Positions 25,600 to 35,222 are shown, numbered from the stretch's first letter. The stretch: 64,000 nt of DNA from Lachnospiraceae bacterium (GCA_014804425.1 JAAUZV010000014.1:437121-501120), one strand, 5' to 3'. Translations and numbers: made by a program. Notes: generated from the letters alone by a model not told the origin.

Positions 25600-26958
25600 A
25601 TGGACAATATTTTTTTCCATATTGACGTCAATTCAGCCTTTTTAAGCTGGACCTCGGTTGAAAACCTAAAAACGGGCGCCGGTATTGATCTGCGCGAAAT
25701 CCCCTCCATCATCGGCGGCGATTCCTCCAAACGCCACGGCATCGTCCTTGCCAAATCCATTCCCGCAAAAAAATACCACGTCGAGACAGCGGAACCGATC
25801 GGCAGCGCCTTAAAAAAATGTCCCTCACTCGTGATCGCCCCGCCGGACCATGCCATGTATCACCGCTATTCCCAGGCGCTGATGGCGCATCTTTCTTCTT
25901 TTTGTCCGGATTTGGAGCAGGTCAGCATTGACGAATGCTATATGGATTATACGCCGATTGCCTCTCATTATGCATCCCCTGTCGCCGCTGCCACACTGAT
26001 CAAGGATTCCGTGTATGAAAAACTCGGCTTTACCGTCAATATCGGTATTTCCGACCGCAAAGTGCTTGCCAAAATGGCATCCGATTTTCGCAAGCCCAAT
26101 CTCGTACACACCCTGTTCTGCTCCGAGATTGCCGGGAAGCTATGGCCGCTTCCCATATCGCGCCTGTTTCTGTGCGGGCGCTCCAGTACGGAAACGCTTA
26201 AAAAGCTCGGCATCGTCACGATCGGCGATCTCGCCGCCGCGGACCCCGCTATTGTGACCGCGCACTTGAAAAGCCACGGTCAGACGCTCTGGAACTACGC
26301 GAACGGTATCGACGATTCCGAGGTCGTCACGCAGGAAGCGGAGGCAAAGGGCATCGGAAATTCAACCACGCTCTCTGCGGATGTCACCGACGAAGCCGCG
26401 GCGCGCCGCGTTTTGTTATCGCTCGCGGAATCCGTTGCCGCAAGACTGCGCGAGGCACAGAAACGCGCGCTCTGTGTGACCGTCGAGATCAAATATGCTT
26501 CTTTTTTATCCGTGTCGCACCAGACCATGCTCGATACCTCCACCGACAGCACGAATTTCATCTACGAAACCTCCTGCCGGCTTTTTCGCGAACTGTGGAA
26601 CGGAGAACCGATACGTCTGCTCGGTATCCGCACCGCCAAGCTGTGCGCGGCGGACGATCCCGTACAGCTCAGCCTGTCCGACCTTGCCCTGGATACCGGC
26701 AACCCCCTCCGCACAAGCGGGCACTGCGATTCCGCATCCGCCCTCACGCAGGCACATCCTTCCGCACGGACGGATACCTCCGCCGTCCTCGCACAGACGG
26801 ACGATCCCCTTTCCGGTGCGCGGGCAGAAAAATATCAAAAGCTCGACAAGGCGCTTGACAGCATCCGAAGCCGCTACGGAAACGCTTCCGTTGTGCGTGG
26901 CTCGCTTTATCAGCCGCAGCAGCATCGGAATTCCTCCGAACAAAAAAAAGAATTGTAA
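25600..26958 (+). CDS. dinB: DNA polymerase IV (Y-family)
   Basis: FFHIDVNSAFLSW, SIDECYMDYT and ISDRKVLAKMASDFRKPN motifs, with a C-terminal low-complexity extension of about 90 aa. Confidence 0.9.
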   Translation: MDNIFFHIDVNSAFLSWTSVENLKTGAGIDLREIPSIIGGDSSKRHGIVLAKSIPAKKYHVETAEPIGSALKKCPSLVIAPPDHAMYHRYSQALMAHLSSFCPDLEQVSIDECYMDYTPIASHYASPVAAATLIKDSVYEKLGFTVNIGISDRKVLAKMASDFRKPNLVHTLFCSEIAGKLWPLPISRLFLCGRSSTETLKKLGIVTIGDLAAADPAIVTAHLKSHGQTLWNYANGIDDSEVVTQEAEAKGIGNSTTLSADVTDEAAARRVLLSLAESVAARLREAQKRALCVTVEIKYASFLSVSHQTMLDTSTDSTNFIYETSCRLFRELWNGEPIRLLGIRTAKLCAADDPVQLSLSDLALDTGNPLRTSGHCDSASALTQAHPSARTDTSAVLAQTDDPLSGARAEKYQKLDKALDSIRSRYGNASVVRGSLYQPQQHRNSSEQKKEL

Positions 26959-26973
26959 ACACAATTCTTTTTT
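26942..26973. terminator. Bidirectional terminator between dinB and the flavin reductase gene
   Basis: AAAAAAAAGAATTGT-AAAC-ACAATTCTTTTTT. Overlaps the dinB stop codon. Confidence 0.75.
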
Positions 26974-26988
26974 CATGTACAAAAATTA

Positions 26989-27555
26989 TCAGACACCCTT
27001 TTTTACGCTGAACCCAAATTTGCCAAGTGCCGCTCCAAGCTCATGATAAGTGCCGTGTGAATAGACGATTGGCTCTGCCTGTTCTAAATGAAACGCGTTT
27101 TTTTCATCCATATACGCGTCGTCCACGAGCACCGCCGCTACCGTGCCGATAAACATGTCGTGCGTTCCGAGCGCAAGCTTATTTGTCACTTTGCACTCGA
27201 TGTTAACGGGACTTTCCTTTACATAGGGCGCACGCACCTTCGTGCCCGTTACGGGCGTTAAACCCGCACCCTCCCATTTATTCTCATCCCGCCCGCTCCG
27301 CACGCCGCAATAATCCGCCGCGCGGGCCAGCTGCTTCGTCGTCAGATTGACGACAAATTCTCCCGTCTCCTCTATCATATGGTAGGAATAGCGCTCAGGC
27401 CGTACAGAAACGGATACCATAGGCGGATCGGAGCAGACCGTCCCTACCCAGCTCGCTGTAAACAGATTAGGGTTTCCGTTCTTATCCGCGACGCTGATCA
27501 GCACGGCCGGAATCGGATAGAGCATATTGCCCGGCTTCCATAATTGTTTCCCCAC
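26989..27555 (-). CDS. Flavin reductase-like (FMN-binding split-barrel) protein
   Basis: WKPGNMLYPIPAVLISV...NLFTASWVGTVCSDPPMVSVSVRP is typical of the flavin reductase domain. GTG start. Confidence 0.75.
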   Translation of the reverse strand: MGKQLWKPGNMLYPIPAVLISVADKNGNPNLFTASWVGTVCSDPPMVSVSVRPERYSYHMIEETGEFVVNLTTKQLARAADYCGVRSGRDENKWEGAGLTPVTGTKVRAPYVKESPVNIECKVTNKLALGTHDMFIGTVAAVLVDDAYMDEKNAFHLEQAEPIVYSHGTYHELGAALGKFGFSVKKGV

Positions 27556-27606
27556 GGTCCTTACGGCTCCTTTCTGTCTGAGTGACTCATAAGCACAACA
27601 TTTCCA

Positions 27607-28527
27607 TCAGAACGTCGGCAGAAGATTGAAGATTGACGCAGCCCAGATCCCGATATTGGCAAGCGCCGCGATCAATGTCACGATTGCGATTGTCTTTAAT
27701 CCCGCCACGTTCTTTTCGGTTCTTGCAAGCTGCTCCTTCATCTCTATCTGAGATGCCGCGATCGCCTCCGCCAGCTTCTTATTTTCATCTACGACCGCTG
27801 CCTGCACGTTACGGTATACCTTAACGTTTTCTTTATGTACATGGTCGGTCAGCTCTTCCTTCACCGCATTCAGCCGTTCCTCAAATCCCTCCGGCTTTTC
27901 GCTGGCGAGCCTCTCCGCAATCTCATCCAGTGTCGGATATCTGTCCAATTTTGATGCGATTCCTTCAAATGCCGTGCGGTAATTCAGCTTCTCTGCAATC
28001 TCGTCCGATGTCGGCTGCTGCTCCAGCTTTGCCGCAATCTCATTCAACTTCTCGCTGGTGTCAAGCCTTGCGATCAGTTCCTCGGATACCGAGGACTTCT
28101 CCAGCTTCTCCACGATCTGTTCCAGCTCCGCGCGCGTGTTTAATCTGTTCTCTAACGCATCCAGCCGCTCCATCGTCTCAAGCTTTGCCATGGTGAGCTG
28201 CTTTGTCTGGGTAATCAGCTTCTGCGACAGGTCTTCCAGCTGCTCGCCGGTCACGCCCTGCGCTGCCGCTCCCTCCGCCTGCCCGCTCTGATCCTGTGCG
28301 TCCGCATACGCTTTTATCTTAGCGTTTCCGGCATCGATCATTGCCTGTAAATTATCCGCCAATTCTAAATTCTTGAGATTCAGCTTACGAATCTCCTGTA
28401 TTCTCGTATCATATTCGGCAACCTGCACGCGAAGACGCTCCAGTTCCTTTTCCTCCGCCGCCGCATTCGCCTTGATCATATCCTGTGCCGTAAATTTGTG
28501 TGCAATTTTATCCATAAAGCTATCCAT
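27607..28527 (-). CDS. Tail-anchored coiled-coil protein, function unknown
   Basis: About 270 aa of heptad-rich sequence with internal repeats (EKLNEIAAKLEQQPTSDEIAEKL / SKLDRYPTLDEIAERL). A single C-terminal TM helix follows (LKTIAIVTLIAALANIGIWAASIF). ATG at 28527; GTG at 28536 is an alternative. Confidence 0.6.
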   Translation of the reverse strand: MDSFMDKIAHKFTAQDMIKANAAAEEKELERLRVQVAEYDTRIQEIRKLNLKNLELADNLQAMIDAGNAKIKAYADAQDQSGQAEGAAAQGVTGEQLEDLSQKLITQTKQLTMAKLETMERLDALENRLNTRAELEQIVEKLEKSSVSEELIARLDTSEKLNEIAAKLEQQPTSDEIAEKLNYRTAFEGIASKLDRYPTLDEIAERLASEKPEGFEERLNAVKEELTDHVHKENVKVYRNVQAAVVDENKKLAEAIAASQIEMKEQLARTEKNVAGLKTIAIVTLIAALANIGIWAASIFNLLPTF

Positions 28528-28602
28528 GTTTTCCACCCAGACCCTTTCTTCCTCTTTTCATGTACCCCACAAATGTCCGCCTGTTTTTCTTATGTGCCTA
28601 TT

Positions 28603-28631
28603 ATTATAACATACAGTTTTGATTCTCTCAA
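28603..28631 (-). promoter_or_regulatory. Candidate sigma-A promoter (TTGAGA-17-TATAAT) of the coiled-coil gene
   Basis: Minus strand reads TTGAGAgaatcaaaactgtatgtTATAAT. Confidence 0.5.
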
Positions 28632-28986
28632 GCTCTTTCGATTTTGTGCAACCTGCACTACTTTTCTTTCCATTTTTTGGATGTTTTATAAATATTAACC
28701 AATAATTCACGATTCGTTCATGATTTGTTCATAATCTATCGCTATACTAAAATTAATTCAAGAAGTTGCTTATATCATGATTTTCATTATTTTTTTCATA
28801 ATAAGCCTGAGTGCCGAAAGGTACTCAGGCACTCCTCATTTTAGGGGGTAAATAAAAAGAAGGAGTGTTGCGCCATAACCGGAATCTTGTTATTTTGCAA
28901 CGCTCCCATCCAATAGATTCATTTATCAATTCGTACAAAAATCTTCATTCGCACTTATGGCTGCTTTGGCCGGATGCATCATTCTG

Positions 28987-29556
28987 TTATCTGACCCACA
29001 TTCCCCAGTTGCTATTCCATTCCCAACCGGCGTCAATCAATGCCTGTTCCTGCGGAGATACCTTCTTTTTCGGTGTCTGTTCCGGCTCGCCTGCACTCTC
29101 TGTTTCCGTCTGATTTTCAGTCACGCTTCCGCCGCCGATCACACTTCCATCCGTATAATAAGCAATTCTTCCCTCTGTTCTGCCGTTGTTCAAATAATGG
29201 CTGTAGAGCGCCTCCGCATCATACCCGAACGCCGCCTTCAAATCTAAATAGTCATCCGCATAGCGCACATAATCAAACTCTGCTGCCGAAACACTGCTGT
29301 AAGCGATCCGCTGCTCCGAAATGCCGCATGTCACATAATGGTTGTAGAGCGCTTCCGCATCATATCCGAACGCCGCCTTCAGATCCAAATAGTCATCCGC
29401 ATAACGCACATAATCAAAGTTCTCTCTCGTGATCGTCTCACTCGCAGACACATTCATGGGCAGGCACGCCGCCGTAAAAAGGAATCCCGCCAGCCCTGCT
29501 ACAGCCACGCCCTTCATCCCCTTAACGATCCTGTTCCCTCGTTCTCTTCTTTTCAT
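28987..29556 (-). CDS. Secreted protein with two copies of a 47-aa repeat (FDYVRYADDYLDLKAAFGYDAEALY.HY...G..E.RIAY)
   Basis: Signal peptide followed by two near-identical repeats. The underlying DNA repeats lie at about 29194-29280 and 29335-29421 (141-bp period). Confidence 0.7.
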   Translation of the reverse strand: MKRRERGNRIVKGMKGVAVAGLAGFLFTAACLPMNVSASETITRENFDYVRYADDYLDLKAAFGYDAEALYNHYVTCGISEQRIAYSSVSAAEFDYVRYADDYLDLKAAFGYDAEALYSHYLNNGRTEGRIAYYTDGSVIGGGSVTENQTETESAGEPEQTPKKKVSPQEQALIDAGWEWNSNWGMWVR

Positions 29557-29722
29557 CCCTTAGTACCCTTCCTTTCGATAAACGTTCAGGAATCACCTGT
29601 ATGTTACAGATTCATTGTAATTACTCCTCAAGCAGGTTGTCAATCCTTTTATAAAAGAGCAACTTACAAGAGCTTACGCAAGCAACTTACACGGGCAGCT
29701 TACAGCAAAATCAAAGCCGCTC

Positions 29723-30361
29723 CTAGTCCTGCTCTTCTATTTTTCTGACTTCCTCGTTAAGGGAAAGCATCTTCGCATCCAGCTCCGAAACCATACGCGC
29801 GCATTCCATCAGCTCACGCTCGATCGTTTCCGGTGTCTCCCCCTCAAATTTGTAATGAATCTTATGCTCCAGGCTCGCCCAAAAATCCATCGCAACCGTT
29901 CGGATCTGAATTTCCACTTTCGTATCAACGATCCTGTCCGACAGATTGATCGGCACGGTGACAAGCATGTGATAGCTCTGATAGCCGTTCGGCTTCGGAT
30001 TTGTAAAGTAATCCTTGATCCCAATGACCTTCAGATCGCTCTGGCGCTCGATCATTTTCGCGATCTGTGCAATATCTGACGTAAAGGAACAGATCACGCG
30101 GATCCCCGCAATGTCATTCACATGCTCGATCATATTTTCGATCGTCGAATCATATCCGTTGCGCTTCAACTTCTTAACGATACTCTCCGATGTCTTGATC
30201 CTCGACTTGATATGCTCGATCGGATTATACTTATGTACGTGCTGAAATTCATCATTCAGGATCTCCAGCTTTGTTCCGATTTCTTTCAATGCCGATTGGT
30301 AGACAAGCTGCACTTCTTTCCACTTATCCACCTCGCTGTTTGCACTAGGCCAAAATTCCAT
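29723..30361 (-). CDS. Small alarmone synthetase (RelQ/RelP-type GTP pyrophosphokinase)
   Basis: DIAGIRVICSF, GYQSYHMLVTVP and EIQIRTVAMDFWASLEHKIHYK. The ATG at 30361 follows GGGGGAG; the tracked start at 30367 is GTG. Confidence 0.88.
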   Translation of the reverse strand: MEFWPSANSEVDKWKEVQLVYQSALKEIGTKLEILNDEFQHVHKYNPIEHIKSRIKTSESIVKKLKRNGYDSTIENMIEHVNDIAGIRVICSFTSDIAQIAKMIERQSDLKVIGIKDYFTNPKPNGYQSYHMLVTVPINLSDRIVDTKVEIQIRTVAMDFWASLEHKIHYKFEGETPETIERELMECARMVSELDAKMLSLNEEVRKIEEQD

Positions 30362-30556
30362 TTCCACTCCCCCAATCCAAGCTTACACTCAGGCTGTCGT
30401 TTTTGTGCTAAATTCTGTAATCATTATACCATATTTCGGAAAAAATGTACATTTTTCACAAATATTTAATGGTTTATTTACAAATACTACATTTTATCGC
30501 TATACTTTATATTTATCAGACGTATCTTGATCAAACAAAGTTGAAAGGAACTCGCA

Positions 30557-30823
30557 ATGTTTCGTTTATGGGCAAAAATATGGAAAGAAAATCATATGCT
30601 CCGCGATACCGTGATCATTGACGATCGCGAGGATACGCGGACACACAAGGTTTTTCGCGCGCTTGACGAAGTCTGCATCCGTTTTGACCTCGGCAAACCG
30701 ATCTGGCTCGACAGCAACATCCGCGAATTCCAGCAGCATGCCAAGACCCGCTTCCGACAGGACAGTTTTATCGAGCAGATTCCGTTTGATTATTTGGAGT
30801 TCCAGATCATCGAAGAAGATTGA
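30557..30823 (+). CDS. Small conserved-looking hypothetical protein (88 aa)
   Basis: ORF with an ATG start, followed by a clean terminator at 30899-24. No recognisable motif, so coding status rests on ORF and terminator context only. Confidence 0.5.
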   Translation: MFRLWAKIWKENHMLRDTVIIDDREDTRTHKVFRALDEVCIRFDLGKPIWLDSNIREFQQHAKTRFRQDSFIEQIPFDYLEFQIIEED

Positions 30824-30898
30824 TATCGCCCACACAATTACTAATTTACGCAGAATCCCCAGAAAACATTCCAAAACGCAGGTAAAAAATCCTGCAAG

Positions 30899-30924
30899 CG
30901 CAGGCAGAAAGCCTGCGTTTTTTT
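30899..30924 (+). terminator. Rho-independent terminator
   Basis: CGCAGGC-AGAAA-GCCTGCG followed by TTTTTTT. Confidence 0.8.
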
Positions 30925-30977
30925 ATACATAACAACAGGAAACACATAAAGCATGTGATTGATTGCTCATTTTTATA

Positions 30978-31006
30978 TTGACACGCCCCATTGCATGTTG
31001 TAATAT
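30978..31006 (+). promoter_or_regulatory. Candidate sigma-A promoter (TTGACA-17-TAATAT) with a leader of about 150 nt before the hemolysin-III gene
   Basis: TTGACAcgccccattgcatgttgTAATAT. Confidence 0.55.
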
Positions 31007-31162
31007 AGGTATGCCGCAACATAGTTTTGTTTACTATGTTATAAAGTTTTATAAAGCGGTTTATACTATGAGCAGCTTCCTTTGTTTTTTCATATCTGCA
31101 TATATGTCTTGCTGACAGATTCGCAGATTCTACATTTATTTATAGGAAAGAAGGGATATTTT

Positions 31163-31813
31163 ATGACAATTACGATCCGTGAACCCGGAAGTGCCATCAC
31201 ACATCTGATCGCTATGGTCTTCGCTTCCATTGCAGCAACACCGCTCCTGATCAAAGCAAGTATGTCTGCGGACTCCCGTCATCTTTTGGCGATGACGGTC
31301 TTCATACTCAGCATGGTGCTTCTGTACGGCGCAAGCACGCTATATCATTCCGTTAATGTCGGCGGCAGGCTTCTCCGCATATTCCGCAAGCTGGATCACA
31401 TGATGATCTTTGTGCTGATCGCCGGCTCCTATACGCCTGTATGCCTGATCGTTCTTGGCGGACAGCTCGGATATCTGCTCCTTGCCGTCGTATGGGGTAT
31501 CGCACTCGCCGGCATGATCGTCAAGGCATGCTGGATTACCTGTCCGAAATGGTTTTCCTCCATCCTGTATATTTCCATGGGCTGGGTGTGCCTCTTTGTA
31601 TTCGGACAGCTCATCCATACGCTTCCTCTTGCCGCTTTTTTATGGCTGCTCGCAGGCGGATTGATCTATACGGCGGGGGGCGTTATTTATGCGCTGAAGC
31701 TTTCCGTATTTAACGCAAAGCATGCGTATTTCGGTTCCCACGAGGTATTCCATCTGTTTGTCATGGCAGGAAGCGTCTGTCATTTTATCTTTATGTATTG
31801 TTTTGTGGCATAA
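31163..31813 (+). CDS. Hemolysin III / PAQR family membrane protein
   Basis: ATG at 31163. Seven TM helices, with SAITHLIA near the N-terminus, YHS..., LDHMMIFVLIAGSYTP, and C-terminal HEVFHLFVMAGS. Confidence 0.88.
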   Translation: MTITIREPGSAITHLIAMVFASIAATPLLIKASMSADSRHLLAMTVFILSMVLLYGASTLYHSVNVGGRLLRIFRKLDHMMIFVLIAGSYTPVCLIVLGGQLGYLLLAVVWGIALAGMIVKACWITCPKWFSSILYISMGWVCLFVFGQLIHTLPLAAFLWLLAGGLIYTAGGVIYALKLSVFNAKHAYFGSHEVFHLFVMAGSVCHFIFMYCFVA

Positions 31814-31871
31814 AAAAGAATGGCGCAGAGCGCCATTCTTTCAAAAGAAATGCTTCCGGCATTTCTTTTTT
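31812..31871. terminator. Two stacked bidirectional hairpins between the hemolysin-III gene and galE
   Basis: AAAAAAGAATGGCGC-AGA-GCGCCATTCTTTC and AAAAGAAATGC-TTCC-GGCATTTCTTTTTT. The first stem is the same as in the hairpin at 7790-7817. Confidence 0.75.
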
Positions 31872-32886
31872 ATTCCTCATATCCGTTCGGGTTATTACTC
31901 TGCCATCTCCAGGAGTCCTCGCACATCTCGCGGATACCGTACTCCGCGGTCCAGCCGAGTTCTTCTTTCGCAAGCGACGCATCAGCATAGCAGGTGGCAA
32001 TGTCCCCCGCGCGCCTCGGCTTGATCTCATAGGGAATCTTCACGCCGTTCGCTTCCTCAAAATTCTTTACAATATCCAGAACGCTGTAGCCGACGCCCGT
32101 ACCGAGGTTGTAAATCTTTAAGCCCGCTTTTTCCTCGACCTTCTTTACCGCTTTCACATGACCCTTCGCCAGATCCACAACGTGGATATAATCTCTCACC
32201 CCGGTTCCATCCGGCGTATCGTAATCATTTCCGAACACACCGAGCTGTTTCAGCTTGCCGACCGCGACCTGCGTGATGTAGGGCATCAGATTGTTCGGAA
32301 TGCCGTTCGGATTCTCGCCGATCGTTCCGCTCTTATGCGCGCCGATCGGATTGAAATAACGAAGCAGGATGACGTTCCACTCCGGATCCGCCTTCTGCAT
32401 ATCGCTTAAAATCTGCTCCAGCATGGATTTGGTCCAGCCGTACGGATTGGTACATTGTCCTTTCGGGCACTGTTCCGTGATCGGGATCACCGCCGGATTG
32501 CCGTACACGGTTGCCGAAGATGAAAAAATGATGTTTTTGCAGCCATGCTTTCTCATCACGTCCACAAGCGTGAGTGTTCCGGCAATGTTGTTATTGTAAT
32601 ATTCCCACGGCTTTTGTACGGATTCTCCGACCGCCTTTAAGCCCGCGAAATGTATGCAGCAGTCAATTGCTTCTTTTGCAAAAATTTCTTCCAGCGCCTC
32701 ACGGTCTAAAATATCCGCCTTGTAAAAAGGAACTGCCTTTCCCGTAATTTTTTCCACACGCTTCAGGGACTTCTCGCTGGAATTACTCAGATTATCCAGC
32801 ACAACAACCTCATACCCCGCATTCTGCAGCTCCACTACCGTATGGCTTCCGATATAACCCGCACCGCCCGTTACTAAAATCGACAT
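31870..32886 (-). CDS. galE: UDP-glucose 4-epimerase
   Basis: [31 protein letters not shown] (YxxxK) and RYFNPIGAH. Confidence 0.95.
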   Translation of the reverse strand: MSILVTGGAGYIGSHTVVELQNAGYEVVVLDNLSNSSEKSLKRVEKITGKAVPFYKADILDREALEEIFAKEAIDCCIHFAGLKAVGESVQKPWEYYNNNIAGTLTLVDVMRKHGCKNIIFSSSATVYGNPAVIPITEQCPKGQCTNPYGWTKSMLEQILSDMQKADPEWNVILLRYFNPIGAHKSGTIGENPNGIPNNLMPYITQVAVGKLKQLGVFGNDYDTPDGTGVRDYIHVVDLAKGHVKAVKKVEEKAGLKIYNLGTGVGYSVLDIVKNFEEANGVKIPYEIKPRRAGDIATCYADASLAKEELGWTAEYGIREMCEDSWRWQSNNPNGYEE

Positions 32887-32917
32887 ACCCCATCCTCCTT
32901 ATTTTTCATCAGAGGCG

Positions 32918-33838
32918 TTACTCCCAGAGTTTTTCAGGATATACGCCCTCATCCTTCAGATTCTGTATGGATTCCACAACAAAGGGTTTATCCTCCTTAT
33001 AGGTGACGCCGAACCACTTGTCCTTCGAGGGCAGCACTTCCACCGTCGCTTTCCCCGCCTGAAGCAGTCTGTCTACCTCGATCGGCAAAAAGCACTCGGA
33101 TTTTAAGGGATTGACCGGCACTTCCTCGGCAAAAAACCTTTGAAGCGCCTGCTCCAGCTCGCCTAAAATGCTCGGCATAAAGCCCCACATATTCATGGAT
33201 ACGAGCGTTTCCATCGGAATCGGCACATAGGTCTCTCCGTCGTCCTCCGTGTACGCCGCACCGCCGTGCATCTTGACGATCTTCGTGCGCTCCGCGATGT
33301 TGACAAGAAATCCGTTCTGGTCCGTGATGCAGCAGCCGCGCGCCACGGAACCGTTATCCGTCAGCGTGTTGCCAAGCTCATAGCCCACCATCGCATAGCG
33401 GTACTTCTCGCCGTCCTCATGCGTCGTCAGAAAATCGTACAGCGTCTGGAATGCGCTCTGTCCATAATAATCATCCGAATTGATCACCGCAAACGGTCCG
33501 TCGATCGCATCCTTGCAGCATAGAATCGCATGTGCGGTTCCCCAAGGCTTCATACGTCCCTCAGGAATGACAACGCCCGCGGGAACATTGCTAAGCTCCT
33601 GAAATACATATTCGACCTCGATATACTTGCTGACCGTGTCGCCGATGCAGGAACGAAAATCCGCCTCATTCTCTTTTTTAATAATGAAAATGACCTTTCG
33701 GAATCCCGCCCTGACCGCATCGTAGATTGAAAAGTCAATGATCTTATTTCCATGCTTATCAATCGGATCGATCTGCTTTAGCCCTCCGTACCTGCTGCCC
33801 ATTCCGGCTGCAAGTATTACCAATGTTGGTTTCTCCAT
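32918..33838 (-). CDS. Sugar-phosphate nucleotidyltransferase-fold protein (substrate not assignable)
   Basis: LAAGMGSRYGGLKQ signature, then KPWGTAHA and INSDDYYG. In an operon with galE. Confidence 0.7.
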   Translation of the reverse strand: MEKPTLVILAAGMGSRYGGLKQIDPIDKHGNKIIDFSIYDAVRAGFRKVIFIIKKENEADFRSCIGDTVSKYIEVEYVFQELSNVPAGVVIPEGRMKPWGTAHAILCCKDAIDGPFAVINSDDYYGQSAFQTLYDFLTTHEDGEKYRYAMVGYELGNTLTDNGSVARGCCITDQNGFLVNIAERTKIVKMHGGAAYTEDDGETYVPIPMETLVSMNMWGFMPSILGELEQALQRFFAEEVPVNPLKSECFLPIEVDRLLQAGKATVEVLPSKDKWFGVTYKEDKPFVVESIQNLKDEGVYPEKLWE

Positions 33839-33970
33839 ATTTCCCTCCTAGTTTAACGTAAGATTTTTGCTTTCTGCAAGACACGAATGTTACGATAACC
33901 TGTCAAAATGTTGTATCTGTATCGCTGCCGCTCAAAATGCCGCGTACGGATGCTGCACCGCCGGAACCCC

Positions 33971-35029
33971 CTATGCCGTGCTCTCATCCTTTCCGCGCCA
34001 TTTTTTAAGCGCGCGCACGAGTGCCGCATAAATCTTATCCAGTCCGACCGCCAGCGCGTAAATATACCCCACGCAGCTTATAAACAGGAGCAGCGTGTTG
34101 GAACCGCTCATTGTAACGCCCGAAAAATTCGGAAGATATTTATACATGAATACATGATGCAGCAAAAAATACGCATACGAGTGTCTGCCGACCGTGCTGA
34201 TCAGACTCCTTACCCGCTCCGACTTTATCCATTCCGCAGCCTCCATCAGGATCAGATAGACCGATACCGATATGGCAAAGATCACATGATAGGCGTTAAA
34301 CCGATAGCCTGTCTTTTCCACCGCAATTACAACGATGAAAAGCACGACGCCGACTGCCGCCGCAATCCTTCTGCCGATTTTTACCGCCCGCTGCTTCGGA
34401 CTCCTTCGCAGCATCTCGATCATCATGCCGAGCACAAAATACATGCTGCACATGATCGGGTTTTTCTCCGGCACCATCGGAAAGGGATTATAATATATCA
34501 ATACCACGCTCAACGCAAAAAATACGACGGGTAAGATATATTTACACTTGCACATCACGAGCCGGTACAGCGGAAACAGAATATAGAGTATCACGATCAC
34601 ACCCAAAAACCACTCACCGATCATATAAAATGTCGGGATCCAATCATTAAAATACCCGTCCATCGCAATCACCGACAGCAGGAAATGAAGCTTCGGTCCG
34701 CCCGGCATGGATTTCACCCGATAAAAGAAATCGAGGAATGCAAACAGATACGCAAGCCAAAACAGCGGATAGAGTCCGAAGAACCTTTTTTTGTAAAATT
34801 CCTTCAGTGAAAAGTTTTCCCCGTAGCGATAGATCAATGCCGCGCCGGACACCATAAAAAAGCACGACACCGCGATCGGTCCCCACACAATATGCACGAT
34901 CCCCTGATAAAACTCCACGTCCGCGTTGATCCCAAACGTTTTTACCGCAACCGAAAAATGAAATGACGTCACCATCAAAAAGCAGACGATGCGGATCAGA
35001 TCAAGATATAACACCCGTTCTTTTTTCAT
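33971..35029 (-). CDS. Acyltransferase family 3 (membrane O-acyltransferase)
   Basis: ATG at 35029 gives MKKERVLYLDLIRIVCFLMVTSFHF. About 10 TM helices. Confidence 0.8.
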   Translation of the reverse strand: MKKERVLYLDLIRIVCFLMVTSFHFSVAVKTFGINADVEFYQGIVHIVWGPIAVSCFFMVSGAALIYRYGENFSLKEFYKKRFFGLYPLFWLAYLFAFLDFFYRVKSMPGGPKLHFLLSVIAMDGYFNDWIPTFYMIGEWFLGVIVILYILFPLYRLVMCKCKYILPVVFFALSVVLIYYNPFPMVPEKNPIMCSMYFVLGMMIEMLRRSPKQRAVKIGRRIAAAVGVVLFIVVIAVEKTGYRFNAYHVIFAISVSVYLILMEAAEWIKSERVRSLISTVGRHSYAYFLLHHVFMYKYLPNFSGVTMSGSNTLLLFISCVGYIYALAVGLDKIYAALVRALKKWRGKDESTA

Positions 35030-35171
35030 TTTCGACCTTTTGCCCCTTTCAAAACCTGCGGAGCCGCAATGTCTCGCGTAAACAGCCCTTCGCCCCGCAC
35101 GAAATAAGTATAACACATTTTTCGCACACTGTCACTCGGATGTGCTATAATCAAACGTAGGTGAGGTGATA

Positions 35172-35198
35172 GATTGAAAAATCAAAGATTTTTCAATC
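35172..35198. promoter_or_regulatory. Perfect inverted repeat GATTGAAAAATC-AAA-GATTTTTCAATC between the yggS promoter and RBS
   Basis: 12-bp arms verified. An extended -10 box TGCTATAAT lies about 25 nt upstream. Confidence 0.6.
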
Positions 35199-35222
35199 AG
35201 CAAGCAAGAATGGAGAATTTTT

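Noticed and set aside
25518-25856. 112-aa minus-strand ORF
   Set aside because: It is antisense to the dinB 5' end and covers the intergenic promoter region. No motif or RBS is present.
28865-29113. 82-aa plus-strand ORF starting at GTG after an AAGGAG-like sequence
   Set aside because: It overlaps the 3' end of the minus-strand repeat-protein gene. The apparent RBS is one arm of a terminator-like hairpin.
29723-30823. The alarmone synthetase plus divergent 88-aa ORF as a toxSAS toxin-antitoxin pair
   Set aside because: The synthetase aligns along its whole length with housekeeping RelQ/RelP proteins. The small ORF is divergently transcribed rather than co-operonic.
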